Below, in pieces: positions 18,580 to 28,564 of a stretch of 64,000 nt of DNA. Numbering within the stretch: the first letter of the stretch is position 1; the number at the start of each line of letters is the position of its first letter. The notes under the pieces were generated by a model. It was not told the DNA's origin. It worked only from the letters and a program-made list of their open reading frames with translations, and searched no databases. The DNA comes from an uncultured delta proteobacterium (lineage in GTDB: Bacteria > Myxococcota_A > Polyangia > Polyangiales > Houyiibacteriaceae): the NCBI GenBank assembly GCA_963699755.1, contig CAVOVB010000001.1, positions 64,001 through 128,000 on the forward strand. Reading direction: 5' to 3'. A program made the position numbers and the translations under genes.

Positions 18580-19515
18580 ATGCCCGATGAACCAAACAAG
18601 CTGGAGCAGAAGCTGCCACGGCCTGTAGTGAAAGCGCTCCAGCGTTTCATGGAGCGCGGCTTGTTGAACAAGTGGGCGGAAGCGACCGAAGCGCAACTGA
18701 GAGAACCCGCGCAGCAATTCGATCCCGAGTTCATGCGCAAGCTCGTTCCGAGAATGGAAACCTTCACGAGCTACTTCGGCGCGGAAGTCCGCGGAATGGA
18801 TCGCGTGCCGACGAGCCCTGTGCTGCTGATCGGAAACCACTCGGGCGGCATCATGACACCGGACACGAGCGCCCTGTACGCAGCCTGGTATCGCACGCGC
18901 GGTTTCGAAGACCCTCTAATGGGCCTCGCGTTCGACGCCATCTACGCCGTCCCAGGTTGGCGCGAGCTGATGCGCAAGATCGGCCAGATGCCCGCGAACA
19001 TGGACAACGCGGCGGCCGCCCTGGGAGACGGCTGCTCGGTGCTGCTCTATCCCGGCGGCGCCTACGAAGTCTTCCGGCCCTGGAAAGACCGCAACCGCAT
19101 CACGTTCAAGGGCCGCAAAGGCTTCATCCGGCTGGCACTCCAAGCCGGCGTCCCCGTGGTTCCTGTGGTCGGTCATGGCGGCCACGAAACGACCATCGTC
19201 CTGACGCGCGGCGAGCGCTTGGCCAAGCTTTTGGGCCTCGACAAGGTGCGCATGGACGGCGCGCCTTTGCTTCTTCAGCTGCCCTGGGGGATTTCGAGCC
19301 CGGCCACCCCGGGCGTGCCGCTCCCAGCGAAGATCACCGTGCAGGTCTGCGAGCCACTCGACTGGAGCCGCTTCGGTCCCGAAAGTGCCGACGACCCGGA
19401 TGTGCTCGAGCGCTGTTACGACGAAGTCACTTCCATCATGCAGGTCACCCTCGACCAGCTCGCCATCGAGAACCCGCGACCGCTCCTCAGCCGCTTCGTT
19501 CGGCGCAAAGGCTAG
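18580..19515 (+). CDS. Lysophospholipid/DGAT2-like acyltransferase
   Basis: GNHSGG...D, YPGG, RKGFIRLAL..GVPVVPV. Confidence 0.92.
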   Translation: MPDEPNKLEQKLPRPVVKALQRFMERGLLNKWAEATEAQLREPAQQFDPEFMRKLVPRMETFTSYFGAEVRGMDRVPTSPVLLIGNHSGGIMTPDTSALYAAWYRTRGFEDPLMGLAFDAIYAVPGWRELMRKIGQMPANMDNAAAALGDGCSVLLYPGGAYEVFRPWKDRNRITFKGRKGFIRLALQAGVPVVPVVGHGGHETTIVLTRGERLAKLLGLDKVRMDGAPLLLQLPWGISSPATPGVPLPAKITVQVCEPLDWSRFGPESADDPDVLERCYDEVTSIMQVTLDQLAIENPRPLLSRFVRRKG

Positions 19516-19528
19516 AAGCACGAACGCG

Positions 19529-20893
19529 ATGTTCCCCGGCGTACCGACGATTTCCTGGGCCTTCTTGGCCGTCAGTCTGCTGGGCGCCTCCTTCACCGCG
19601 AACGCCTTTGTCCCGGTGCGCCGCGTGCCCGCGCTCTTCATGCCGAGCTTCTTTGGTTCCTGGTTGACGGCCGAGCTCGCGATTCATCATGTTTTTTGGC
19701 AATCGATCGCATCGCTAGTCTTCGTGGAGCTCGGCGCGCTTGCCGCCTGGCCGGGCTGGGCGGGGCTGGTCGTCACCCTCGGCTCATGGCTCGGTCTCTT
19801 GATCCTCTTCGCAGATGGCCATCGGGCACGGAAGACCTTCGATCGGGCTCTACGAGGCCTAACGGCGGTACGCGACACCAAGCCGGTCCCACGCCGAAAC
19901 GTCGTCTTGCCATTCTCCAAGAAGCGCCGAGGAATCCGAGTGACCCGCGATATCCCCTACCGGCGCGTCGCCGGCACAGTCTTGAAGCTCGACGTCGTGG
20001 CCCCCGCTGTGGCCCACGCCGTGGCCCCCGCCGAACCTGGGACGGATCCGGCCCCCGCCGAACCTGGGACGAATGGGGCCGGGACGAATCCGGCCAGGGG
20101 GGCGAAACGGCCGGCGATCATGCAAATTCACGGCGGCTCCTGGGTGATGGGTGACAAGCGCGAGCAAGGCTGGCCGCTCTTGTCGCACCTCGCAGCCAAT
20201 GGCTGGGTCTGCTTCAACCTCAACTACCGCCTGAGCCCGGGCGCCACCTTCCCCGACCATCTGATCGATCTCAAGGCAGGCCTGGCCTGGATTCGCGAGC
20301 ACGCCGAAGAGTGGGGCATCGACCCCGACTTCGTCGCTGTGACGGGCGGCTCCGCGGGCGGGCACCTCGCGGCCCTGATGGGTCTCACCGCGAACGATCC
20401 AGAATACCAGCCCGGCTTCGAGCAGGCCGACACCAGCGTGCAAGCCGCAGTACCGATCTATGGCGTCTACGACTTCACGAGCCGCCTCGGCACCAACCGG
20501 CTCCCATTTTGGTACCGACGGCTCGAACGCCAGATCATGAAAGCGTTCCGAGACGAAGAGCCGGGAAAGTTCCGTCGCGCCTCTCCCATCGAGCGCATCC
20601 ACCCAGACGCCCCCCCCTTCTTCGTGATTCACGGCGACCGCGACACCCTTGCGCCGGTCGAAGAGGCCCGCTATTTCGCCGCCAAGCTCGGCAAGGTCTC
20701 GAAATCTAGGGTCTTCTATGCCGAGCTTGGCGGCGCACAGCACGCGTTCGACCTCTTCTGCTCACCGAGAACATCACACATGCTCGTCGCGGTCTTGAAG
20801 TTCCTGGACGCCACACGTTCGAGTGCGCGCGCCGAGGCCGCGAAGCCACTACTCGATGACAGAGTCACTCACCTGGGGGTCGCCGTTCGCTAG
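19529..20893 (+). CDS. Membrane-anchored HSL-family esterase (mycobacterial LipM/LipO/LipQ-like) with repeat insertion
   Basis: N-terminal TMs; HGGSW, NYRLSP, GGSAGG, HGDRD, QHAFD. Confidence 0.9.
   Translation: MFPGVPTISWAFLAVSLLGASFTANAFVPVRRVPALFMPSFFGSWLTAELAIHHVFWQSIASLVFVELGALAAWPGWAGLVVTLGSWLGLLILFADGHRARKTFDRALRGLTAVRDTKPVPRRNVVLPFSKKRRGIRVTRDIPYRRVAGTVLKLDVVAPAVAHAVAPAEPGTDPAPAEPGTNGAGTNPARGAKRPAIMQIHGGSWVMGDKREQGWPLLSHLAANGWVCFNLNYRLSPGATFPDHLIDLKAGLAWIREHAEEWGIDPDFVAVTGGSAGGHLAALMGLTANDPEYQPGFEQADTSVQAAVPIYGVYDFTSRLGTNRLPFWYRRLERQIMKAFRDEEPGKFRRASPIERIHPDAPPFFVIHGDRDTLAPVEEARYFAAKLGKVSKSRVFYAELGGAQHAFDLFCSPRTSHMLVAVLKFLDATRSSARAEAAKPLLDDRVTHLGVAVR
19997..20098 (+). repeat. In-frame repeat insertion: 3x12-bp tandem followed by REP-like AACCTGGGACG units
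   Basis: GTGGCCCCCGCT / GTGGCCCACGCC / GTGGCCCCCGCC (19997-20032); GGCCCCCGCCGAACCTGGGACG at 20023-20044 and 20050-20071. Confidence 0.85.
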
Positions 20894-21934
20894 GACGAAG
20901 ATGCCCGGGAAGCCCTGGGTTTCGAAGCCAGCGCTCGGGTTGTTCCGCAGGACCGAATCCTCGATCACCAAGCTGCCGCTCCGGTCATTGCTCACGAAAA
21001 AGATCGCCCCGCCGCCTTCATTGGCTGTGTTGTTTTCGATGAGCGTTCCACACACCCTGAGCGTGAAGGTGTTGCCATCGTTGTAAATGGCGCCCCCGCT
21101 TCCGCCGCCGGGCGTGCCCTGACGCTGTGGGTTGGCGCCATTGCCGATTGCCTCGTTGTGCGTGAATGCACTGTTGATGACGCTGTACGAAACGCCAATC
21201 GAGCTGAGCGCCCCGCCGTTCGAGCAGACGTTCCCCAGTCCTTCCCCGCCGAACGTGCTATTCACGACGTACACCGGTTGGTCTTGATACTGATCGAAGA
21301 CCCGAATTGCGCCGCCACCCACGTCAGGCCCCAGATCGTGGCAGACGTTATTGAAGAAGCGCGTATTGACGGCCTTGAAACGGCCGCCACGAACGAAGAT
21401 CGCCCCGCCGCCCTCCTCTTCGGCCTTAGCGTTGCCATCGACGAAGCTCAGGTTCTGCACCGTCAGTCGCGGGTGGTCCTGGTCGTCACAATGCGGCGTG
21501 GTCCACACCTGCCGCTCGTCACAGGTGTTCTGATAGAGGATCCGCACGCGGCCGCCACCGCTCAAGGTCACCTTGCCACCCCCGTCGATCACGACGTCGG
21601 GCTTCTGGTCATTGAACACCTTGGCCGTTCGGTCGAGCGTGATGGTGACCGGGTCCGGCCCGCAGTCGAAGGTGATGATCCCCCCCTGCGCGACCGCATC
21701 GACGAACGCGCCCGAGGTGCAACTCGCCGGCGTCCCGTCGCCCACTACCGTATCGGGATCGGAAATGTCCTCTAGCTGCGCCTCGGTAGGCACCGTACAG
21801 GTTCCGTCGCCGTTGCCCGCGGGCGGCCCATCGTTTGGATCTGTTTGCGGATCCGCCGGTTGTGCTGGGCCACAAGCGAAGCCCATGAGCGCAAGCGCAG
21901 TCATCCCCCAGGCCAGAAGCAGTGATCGGAACAT
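20849..21934 (-). CDS. Lipoprotein with right-handed beta-helix (pectin lyase-like/PMP-type GGAI repeats)
   Basis: Lipobox GFAC; repeated GGAI/GGAL and F.NN motifs; 45-bp convergent overlap with the esterase. Confidence 0.82.
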   Translation of the reverse strand: MFRSLLLAWGMTALALMGFACGPAQPADPQTDPNDGPPAGNGDGTCTVPTEAQLEDISDPDTVVGDGTPASCTSGAFVDAVAQGGIITFDCGPDPVTITLDRTAKVFNDQKPDVVIDGGGKVTLSGGGRVRILYQNTCDERQVWTTPHCDDQDHPRLTVQNLSFVDGNAKAEEEGGGAIFVRGGRFKAVNTRFFNNVCHDLGPDVGGGAIRVFDQYQDQPVYVVNSTFGGEGLGNVCSNGGALSSIGVSYSVINSAFTHNEAIGNGANPQRQGTPGGGSGGAIYNDGNTFTLRVCGTLIENNTANEGGGAIFFVSNDRSGSLVIEDSVLRNNPSAGFETQGFPGIFVLANGDPQVSDSVIE

Positions 21935-22164
21935 CCTGGAATTCCCCCTCCCCTACAAGATAGCCAACTGGAGCAGACGACGGGTAGTGGTTCATGCCGG
22001 CCGCGACCAAGCGCAGTCCTTGCGCTCACGGGTGTGCTCGCGAAAAAACTGCATGAATCGGCCCGGTGCAGGCCCCAGGTTTCCCTTGCCAGTCGAGACT
22101 GTCTCTCTCGGACGAGGGTTGGTACGTGCATTGCACTTCAGGCTTCCGACCGGGAGGTGCGGAG

Positions 22165-22743
22165 ATGCTGTCGTATAAATTCGGAGTTTGGCGCTTGGGT
22201 GCGCTCACCATCATGGCGTTGGTCGCGAGTAGTTGTAGCGGGGAGGGCGACGGGCCCACGTCCGGCGCAGGAGCATTGCAAAGTTCCTGCGTGATCAACC
22301 AGCTCAATCTCGTGCGCGACATTCCCGATGGAGACGCATGCGACAACTTCGGCTACAGCGATTGCTTTGGTTTTGGCAGCGAATGCATCAACTACTGCGC
22401 CTTTGACTTCTGCCAGCCAGCGGAGTGCAAATCGCAGGAAGACTGCGATGCCGCTTTCGGCCCGCTTCCGATCGGAAATGTCTGGCTCTGCCACGAGTAT
22501 GTCGTCAGCAGGAAGGAGTACGGTGCCTGGTGCGAGTCTGTCGAGGCCTGCACCGAAGGAACGGTCAACTGTCCGTGCCTCCCGGGCGATCTTTGCGGCT
22601 CAGACCCCTGGGGCGAGGGCAACATGAGCTGCGTCGCTGGATTGTGCGAATCACAGTGTCCATCGAGCTGCATCGTCGGCTCAGTCTGCTGCGGCGGTTC
22701 ATTGTGCGCCGGCAACTGCATCGGCACCCCCTGCTGCTCCTGA
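22165..22743 (+). CDS. Cys-rich lipoprotein
   Basis: Lipobox ASSC; more than 20 Cys; CTEGTVNCPC. Confidence 0.7.
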   Translation: MLSYKFGVWRLGALTIMALVASSCSGEGDGPTSGAGALQSSCVINQLNLVRDIPDGDACDNFGYSDCFGFGSECINYCAFDFCQPAECKSQEDCDAAFGPLPIGNVWLCHEYVVSRKEYGAWCESVEACTEGTVNCPCLPGDLCGSDPWGEGNMSCVAGLCESQCPSSCIVGSVCCGGSLCAGNCIGTPCCS

Positions 22744-22839
22744 CCGTGCAATCTGCCCAGATGGCGAGTCAGGGCAACGCTTCCGAAAAGCTCGGGTATA
22801 TGTCGCCTCCGTCACTCAAGACATCTGCATCGCACACGC

Positions 22840-23742
22840 CTACGGCGCGTCCCTCAACTGTCCTCGCATGAGGCCGCTCGAAACCTGTTGGGACGTGAAG
22901 CTTATGTAAAGCGGGCTCGCGGTGTCGGTCAGCGCGGCGGCTTCATCTGGAGTGATGAACACCGAAACGGTGAGCGAGCTTTCTTCGAGGAAAGGCGCCC
23001 CAAACGACCGAACCACCTCGATCGGTTCGCCAAAGAGCGTCAAGACCACGTCCCCGTTTTCCGACGCGTCACCCCTGCGAATCTGCCCATCCCGAACCTC
23101 GTCGGTTTCGGATAGATTGTCGACCGTCACGGTGTAGCTCAGCACGTTCCCAACTAGCTGCATCTCGACGGTTCCGGTTTCCGTCCGCTGGTCGAGCGGA
23201 AATGGTGGGTCGACTACCAGTTCAGGGGACAGCAAGACCGTTGCCTCAAACTCCGGGGTCGGTTCAGTCGCGGGCTCGGAAATGATAGGAAGCGTCTCGT
23301 CGTCCTCCTGCAACGCCAATCGCGCTTCGGCATCGACGCCACACCATTCGAAGAAGTCCTCCCGCAAGAAAGCCTCGATCTGCGGCTCTTCGCCAGCGAA
23401 CTGGAGGAACATGGTAGCAAAGAAGCAAGACCCTAGCTTCAAGACGCCCCCCTGAAGCGATCCATCGTCCGTGGTTAGCGCAAAGCCAGCTATTCGACCT
23501 TCCGATCCGAACTCGCCAACAAACAGCGTTGCGGACTGGCCGAACCGCGGGTCTTCCTCGGGGAACAGACCGGCATCAGGCCCGAACTCAAACGTCTTGT
23601 ATTTCAAATCAGCAGGGGTAGTTTCTGCGAACCCAACGACTCCAAGCTCACCAGCTTCTTCTGGAGCGCAGCCAAAAACGGAACGCGCGACGAGCAACGA
23701 GAGCACGCCAATTCCACACCAAGTCGCAACGGGTTTGTTCAT
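22840..23742 (-). CDS. Lipoprotein with C-terminal CHRD-like domain
   Basis: VFGC; LSYTVTVDNL...G..SENGDVV...LYI....GLMRGQL. Confidence 0.7.
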   Translation of the reverse strand: MNKPVATWCGIGVLSLLVARSVFGCAPEEAGELGVVGFAETTPADLKYKTFEFGPDAGLFPEEDPRFGQSATLFVGEFGSEGRIAGFALTTDDGSLQGGVLKLGSCFFATMFLQFAGEEPQIEAFLREDFFEWCGVDAEARLALQEDDETLPIISEPATEPTPEFEATVLLSPELVVDPPFPLDQRTETGTVEMQLVGNVLSYTVTVDNLSETDEVRDGQIRRGDASENGDVVLTLFGEPIEVVRSFGAPFLEESSLTVSVFITPDEAAALTDTASPLYISFTSQQVSSGLMRGQLRDAP

Positions 23743-23756
23743 GGCGAGAGACCCGA

Positions 23757-23772
23757 TGCAAACCACATGCCT
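23757..23772 (-). promoter_or_regulatory. sigma54-like promoter
   Basis: Minus strand AGGCATGTGGTTTGCA (GG-N10-GC) 15 bp upstream of ATG 23742. Confidence 0.45.
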
Positions 23773-23945
23773 TGGCGAAAGAGCCGGTTTCGCGGCAATT
23801 TCGAGCTTCCTGCGGCGCAGTCGCTGCGTTTGTGGAATGCCCGACGCAAAACCTGCACGCCTCGCTTGGCCTCCTGGCTGCGGCTGGCAGCCCGGCCCTG
23901 GATCTGCCAATACCCGCCCTCACGCGAAGGCGTGGGGGTTCAGGC

Positions 23946-25760
23946 GTGCAGAATAAGATTCGAAATGTGGCGATTATCGCCCACGTCGACCACGGGAAGA
24001 CGACGCTGGTCGACGCGATGTTGCATCAGACCGGCGTCTTTCGGGCAAACGAGGCCGTTCGTGAGCGCGTGATGGACTCGAACGACCTCGAGCGCGAGCG
24101 CGGCATCACCATTTTGGCCAAGCACGCGTCGGTTCGTTGGAAAGACTACAAGATCAATCTGATCGACACGCCGGGCCACGCGGACTTCGGTGGCGAGGTC
24201 GAGCGCACGCTCAGGATGGCCGATGGGGCACTTCTTTTGGTCGACGCGGCCGAAGGCGCCCTCCCCCAGACGCGCTTCGTGTTGTCGAAGTGCATCGAGC
24301 TCGACCTTCCCGTCGTGACGGTCGTCAACAAGATCGACCGAAGCGATGCCCGCCCCGACGAGGCCCTGCACGAAGTCTTCGATCTGTTCTGCGACCTCGG
24401 CGCCACTGACGAGCAGGCCGATTTCGCGCATATTTACGCGATCGGCAAAGATGGGATCGCAAAACGCGAGCTCGAAGACGAATCGAGCGACCTCACGCCG
24501 CTCTTTGAAACGCTCATCGAAAGGCTCCCGGCACCCGAGGGCGACCCGGACGCGCCTCTTCAGCTTCTGGTTCACAACACGATCCACGACGAGTACGTCG
24601 GCCGCATCGCCATCGGCCGCATCCGAAACGGCACCATCAAGCCGCAAGAGACGCTGGCGATCATCGGCAAGGACGGTGTGGTCGAACGGAAGGTTGGCGC
24701 GCTCTGGGGCTTCGAGAGCCTCGACCGCGTCCGCATCGCCGAAGCGTCCGCCGGCGACATCGTGGCGATCTCCGGTATCGAAGACGTGCACATCGGGGAC
24801 ACGATCGCTGCGGCGAGTCACCCGAACCCGCTGGAGCGGATCAGCGTCGAGCAGCCGACCATCAAGATCCGTTTCATGGTCAACACCTCGCCCTTCGCCG
24901 GACTCGTGGGCGATTACGTCACCTCCCGACAGGTCCGCGAGCGGCTTCTCAGAGAAGCGCAGCGAAACATCGCCATGCGCGTCGAGGAGGGCGATGAGCC
25001 CGACTCATTCATGGTTTATGGCCGCGGCGAGCTGATGCTCGCGATCTTGGCAGAAACGATGCGGCGGGAAGGCTACGAGTTCGCCCTCGGTATGCCCGAG
25101 GTCGTGGTTCGCGAGATCGACGGCCAGAAGTGCGAGCCCGTCGAAACTGTCGTCGTCGACGTCCCCCAGCACCATGTCGGTACGGTGACCCAACTCCTTG
25201 GCGACCGGCGCGGCGTGATGGGCAAGATGAGCCCCCTCGGTACGAACCGCTCCCGCATCGAGTACCGCGTTCCATCACGAGGCCTCATCGGCTTCCGTTC
25301 CTTGTTCATGACCGAGACGCGCGGCGAGGGGCTTCTCAACACGATGTTTGAGGGATGGGACCCTTACGCCGGCCCTCTGCTTCGCCGCAAGAACGGCGCG
25401 ATCGTCTCCGACCGGAAAGGCGTTACCACGCCCTACGCCCTCTTCAACCTGCAGCCGCGGGGCAAGCTCTTCGTCGGCACCGGGACGAAGGTCTACGAGG
25501 GCATGATCGTCGGCGAGCACAACCGTCCGAGCGACCTCGACGTGAACTGCACCCGCGAGAAGAAGCTCACCAACATTAGGGCCGCCGGGAAGGATGAAAA
25601 CGTCGTCCTGACCCCGCACAAAGAGCTCACCATCGAAAACGCCCTCGACTGGATCGATCAGGACGAGCTGGTCGAGGTCACCCCGGATGCCGTCCGCGTC
25701 CGCAAGGCGATCCTGCAGTGCAACCTGCGCCCGAAGCGCGAAGCCACCAAAAAGGGCTAG
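23946..25760 (+). CDS. typA: Translational GTPase TypA/BipA
   Basis: IRNVAIIAHVDHGKTT, RGITILAK, DTPGHADFGGEVER, NKID, GRGEL, EVTP; GTG start. Confidence 0.97.
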   Translation: MQNKIRNVAIIAHVDHGKTTLVDAMLHQTGVFRANEAVRERVMDSNDLERERGITILAKHASVRWKDYKINLIDTPGHADFGGEVERTLRMADGALLLVDAAEGALPQTRFVLSKCIELDLPVVTVVNKIDRSDARPDEALHEVFDLFCDLGATDEQADFAHIYAIGKDGIAKRELEDESSDLTPLFETLIERLPAPEGDPDAPLQLLVHNTIHDEYVGRIAIGRIRNGTIKPQETLAIIGKDGVVERKVGALWGFESLDRVRIAEASAGDIVAISGIEDVHIGDTIAAASHPNPLERISVEQPTIKIRFMVNTSPFAGLVGDYVTSRQVRERLLREAQRNIAMRVEEGDEPDSFMVYGRGELMLAILAETMRREGYEFALGMPEVVVREIDGQKCEPVETVVVDVPQHHVGTVTQLLGDRRGVMGKMSPLGTNRSRIEYRVPSRGLIGFRSLFMTETRGEGLLNTMFEGWDPYAGPLLRRKNGAIVSDRKGVTTPYALFNLQPRGKLFVGTGTKVYEGMIVGEHNRPSDLDVNCTREKKLTNIRAAGKDENVVLTPHKELTIENALDWIDQDELVEVTPDAVRVRKAILQCNLRPKREATKKG

Positions 25761-26662
25761 CGCTTCGATTCCCGGACAGCCTTGGGGAGCGCGCCGGTCA
25801 TGCTCAACACGGCGCGCATGCATCGATGTGCGACGTCGATCGGCTCCAGATGCATCATCGGACAGCCGCCAGGGATCACCGTTGCGCCGTAGCCTTCGCA
25901 AAGCGCAGCCGCTTCGGAGGAGAACGAACCTGGGTCGATCGATCGGTGAAACCAGACGCGCCGAATCCCAGCGGCTCTGCACTGCTGAGCGATGTCGATG
26001 GCTTGGTCGGGATGGGTGGCGATCAGCACCGCATCTGCAGGCTGGGGAAGATCGGCAAGTGAGCCGTAACAGCGTTCCCCTTCGACCGATTCGGCATTGG
26101 GGTTGAGCGCGTAGACTTCTCGTCCGCTGTCCTTGAGCTTCTTGAAGATGATATTCGCTGGCGCGTTTCCGGCGCGAGACACACCGGCGACCGCAAATCG
26201 CTTCTCCGCCAGGAACGCCGCCGCGGCCTCTGAGAGTGACGACGCTCCTTCCGGAATCGACGCTTTGGCCGCCGCACGCGCCGATCGATGATAGCTGTAC
26301 AGGAACAGAGCCACCAAGAGGGCCTGAAAGCCCCAGCTAGGAATCATGAAGGGGAGAGAAACCAGCTCGGCAGAAACGGCGTAGACGCCTGCCCACGCCA
26401 GGCCCGCGATCACGAAGACCGTGATCAGCAGGACCCCGCGGCGCTCGAGCGGCCTCCGGTCTGCCCACAAGAGGAGCGCCGTCCAGCCGAGCATCAGCGC
26501 CGCTCCGAACCGCATCGCATAGCGGTAGTCGGGCGTTGGCTCAAAGCCTGCGTCACCGTAGGCGGCACGCCCCAGCTCGGGAAAAAACATCAGGACGGCG
26601 ACAATACCGTCGGCGACCGCCCCGACCCGGTATGAAATTCTCAGCCAGCGGATCTCAGGCAT
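25757..26662 (-). CDS. Membrane domain fused to CoA-binding (YccU/CoA_binding_2) domain
   Basis: Four TMs, then FAVAGVSR, VYALNP, GIRRVWF, PGGCPMM. Confidence 0.82.
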   Translation of the reverse strand: MPEIRWLRISYRVGAVADGIVAVLMFFPELGRAAYGDAGFEPTPDYRYAMRFGAALMLGWTALLLWADRRPLERRGVLLITVFVIAGLAWAGVYAVSAELVSLPFMIPSWGFQALLVALFLYSYHRSARAAAKASIPEGASSLSEAAAAFLAEKRFAVAGVSRAGNAPANIIFKKLKDSGREVYALNPNAESVEGERCYGSLADLPQPADAVLIATHPDQAIDIAQQCRAAGIRRVWFHRSIDPGSFSSEAAALCEGYGATVIPGGCPMMHLEPIDVAHRCMRAVLSMTGALPKAVRESKR

Positions 26663-27015
26663 GGCTCCTTGATTGACGAGGGACCTCAGTCGCACGGCCC
26701 GGGACGGGCCCCAGCATCATGAGGAGCTTTGGCGCCTGGCCCTGCACAGCAAGAGATCCGCCGCAGACCCTCGAACGCAGAACAGAACCGACCTGCCTCA
26801 GCTCAACCAACACACCACCCCTTTGCCGGCGACTGACATCCATCGCTCCGCGGAGCATGCAACCGCCGTGCCACCCAGCCCCCGAACCCCCCGATCCGCC
26901 CTCTGATTCACCAACCCAGGTTCAAGCGCGCGAAGATTCTTCGTTTGGTGGCTATGGGCCGCAAACGTTGCGCAAATTGCCGGCTGGGCTGCCTGGAGGT
27001 CATGATGGTCGGGCA

Positions 27016-27603
27016 GTGGCGCGATCAGGAGACAGGGGTGGCAAAGGCGGAGGTAGAAATGGCCACGCCAGCGGGCGCTCGAAGGCAGATCGGGAAGCCC
27101 TCGAACGAGCCTTGTCCGATGTGAAGCCCTTGAACCCTGGTTCGAAGAAGAGGGTGACGCCTGCTCTGGCAAGCGGCTCCGCGTCGTTGCCCTGGTCTTC
27201 GGGGTCGGCAATGCAACCGGCCCCGCCGCTGATTCTCGAACGCGAAGCCAACGGCATCGTCCTCGGCAAGCGTCGCGCGACTCACTCGAGCATCCTCGAA
27301 GCTCTCGAACACCCGAAGCTCGAGGTTCAAGCACAATGCGATCTGCACGGGCAAACCGCACGCGAAGCCGAGCGCGAAGTGCTCCGCTTCGTTCGGGAAT
27401 GCCAACGGAAGGGTCAGCGTTGGGTCCTGATCATCGTCGGCAAGGGTCTCCACAGCCCTGGCGGACAGGCCACGCTCAAGTCCAGTGTGGCCGACGCCCT
27501 CAGTAAACGAGCCCCTTCCCGCTTCGTCCTCGCCTTCCGAACGGCCCCACGCCACCTTGGCGGCACCGGCGCCTTGGTCGCCCGCCTAGTCGACCGACTC
27601 TAA
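27016..27603 (+). CDS. Smr/MutS2-domain protein (SmrA-like)
   Basis: DVKPL, CDLHG, IIVGKG, GGTGAL; GTG 27016 chosen, start uncertain. Confidence 0.88.
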   Translation: MARSGDRGGKGGGRNGHASGRSKADREALERALSDVKPLNPGSKKRVTPALASGSASLPWSSGSAMQPAPPLILEREANGIVLGKRRATHSSILEALEHPKLEVQAQCDLHGQTAREAEREVLRFVRECQRKGQRWVLIIVGKGLHSPGGQATLKSSVADALSKRAPSRFVLAFRTAPRHLGGTGALVARLVDRL

Positions 27604-27625
27604 CCAAAGCGGAGCCCAAGCTCTT

Positions 27626-27644
27626 TCCCACGTTCGAATTCGAA
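27626..27644 (-). repeat. REP-like motif copy upstream of RAYT
   Basis: Minus strand TTCGAATTCG-AACGTGGGA; inverted relative to AACGTGGGA at 28855-28863. Confidence 0.5.
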
Positions 27645-27676
27645 GGACAGCGCGGATTGGCGACCGATACCCGGGT

Positions 27677-28564
27677 ATGACTCTACCACGACGCGTCCTT
27701 CCTGATAGAACCTATCTCGTCACCCGCCGCTGCATCGGCCGCCGCTTCTTGCTGCGCCCCGACGGCGCCCTCAACAACCTGTTTGTTTATTGCCTAGGCA
27801 GAGCCGCAAAGAAATACGGCGTGCAGCTCCATGCCCTGAGCGTCATGAGCAATCACTACCACCTGGTACTGACCGACGTCGAGGGGGTGCTCCCCGACTT
27901 CATGGCTTGGCTCAACCGACAGCTAGCGAAGTGCATCAAGCGTCTTCGGGACTGGGATGAAGTAGTCTGGGAGCCAAACGTGCCGTACAGCGCCGTCGAG
28001 CTTAGCGGCCCGACCGAAGTGCTCGACAAAGTCGCGTACGTGCTCCTCAATCCGGTCAGCGCAGGCCTGGTGCACTCGCCCGAGCGATGGCCTGGGGCGT
28101 TGAGCACCCTTGGAACGCTCCGCGCGGGCGTCATGAGCGCTAAACATCCGCGCCTCTGGTTCAAGAACAGCGCACCTAGCAAGGTGAAGCTTGCACTCAC
28201 CGCGCCGCCGTGCTTTTCGGATCGAATCGCCTACCTCGAAGCGCTCAAGGCGCTTCTGACAACCCGCGTGTCGATGCTGCGTTCCGAGCTTCGCCATCAC
28301 GGTCACGGCTTTCTTGGACGCACCCGTGTCCAGAAGACACTCGTCACAGACCGACCGCAGACGAGGAGTCCGCGCTTCGGACTCAACCCTACTTTTTCGG
28401 CGCTCACTCGCGCAGCGTGGCTTGCCGCAGCCCAACAGCTCCGCGCATTCCGTCTCGCCTATCGAGAAGCCTACCGAGCGTGGCGAAGCGGCGTGCGTGA
28501 TGTCGCCTTCCCCGCCGGCACTTGGTGGGTCGTACGCTGCGCCGGTGCGGCAACGGCGACCTAG
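27677..28564 (+). mobile_element. REP-associated tyrosine transposase (RAYT, Y1 HUH; IS200/IS605 TnpA superfamily), no TnpB adjacent
   Basis: YLVTRRC, VMSNHYHLV (HUH), YVLLNPVSAGLV...WP. Confidence 0.9.

Noticed and set aside
27677..28564. Complete IS605/IS200 element with TnpB or omegaRNA
   Set aside because: No RuvC/TnpB ORF follows, and the motifs fit the RAYT subgroup.
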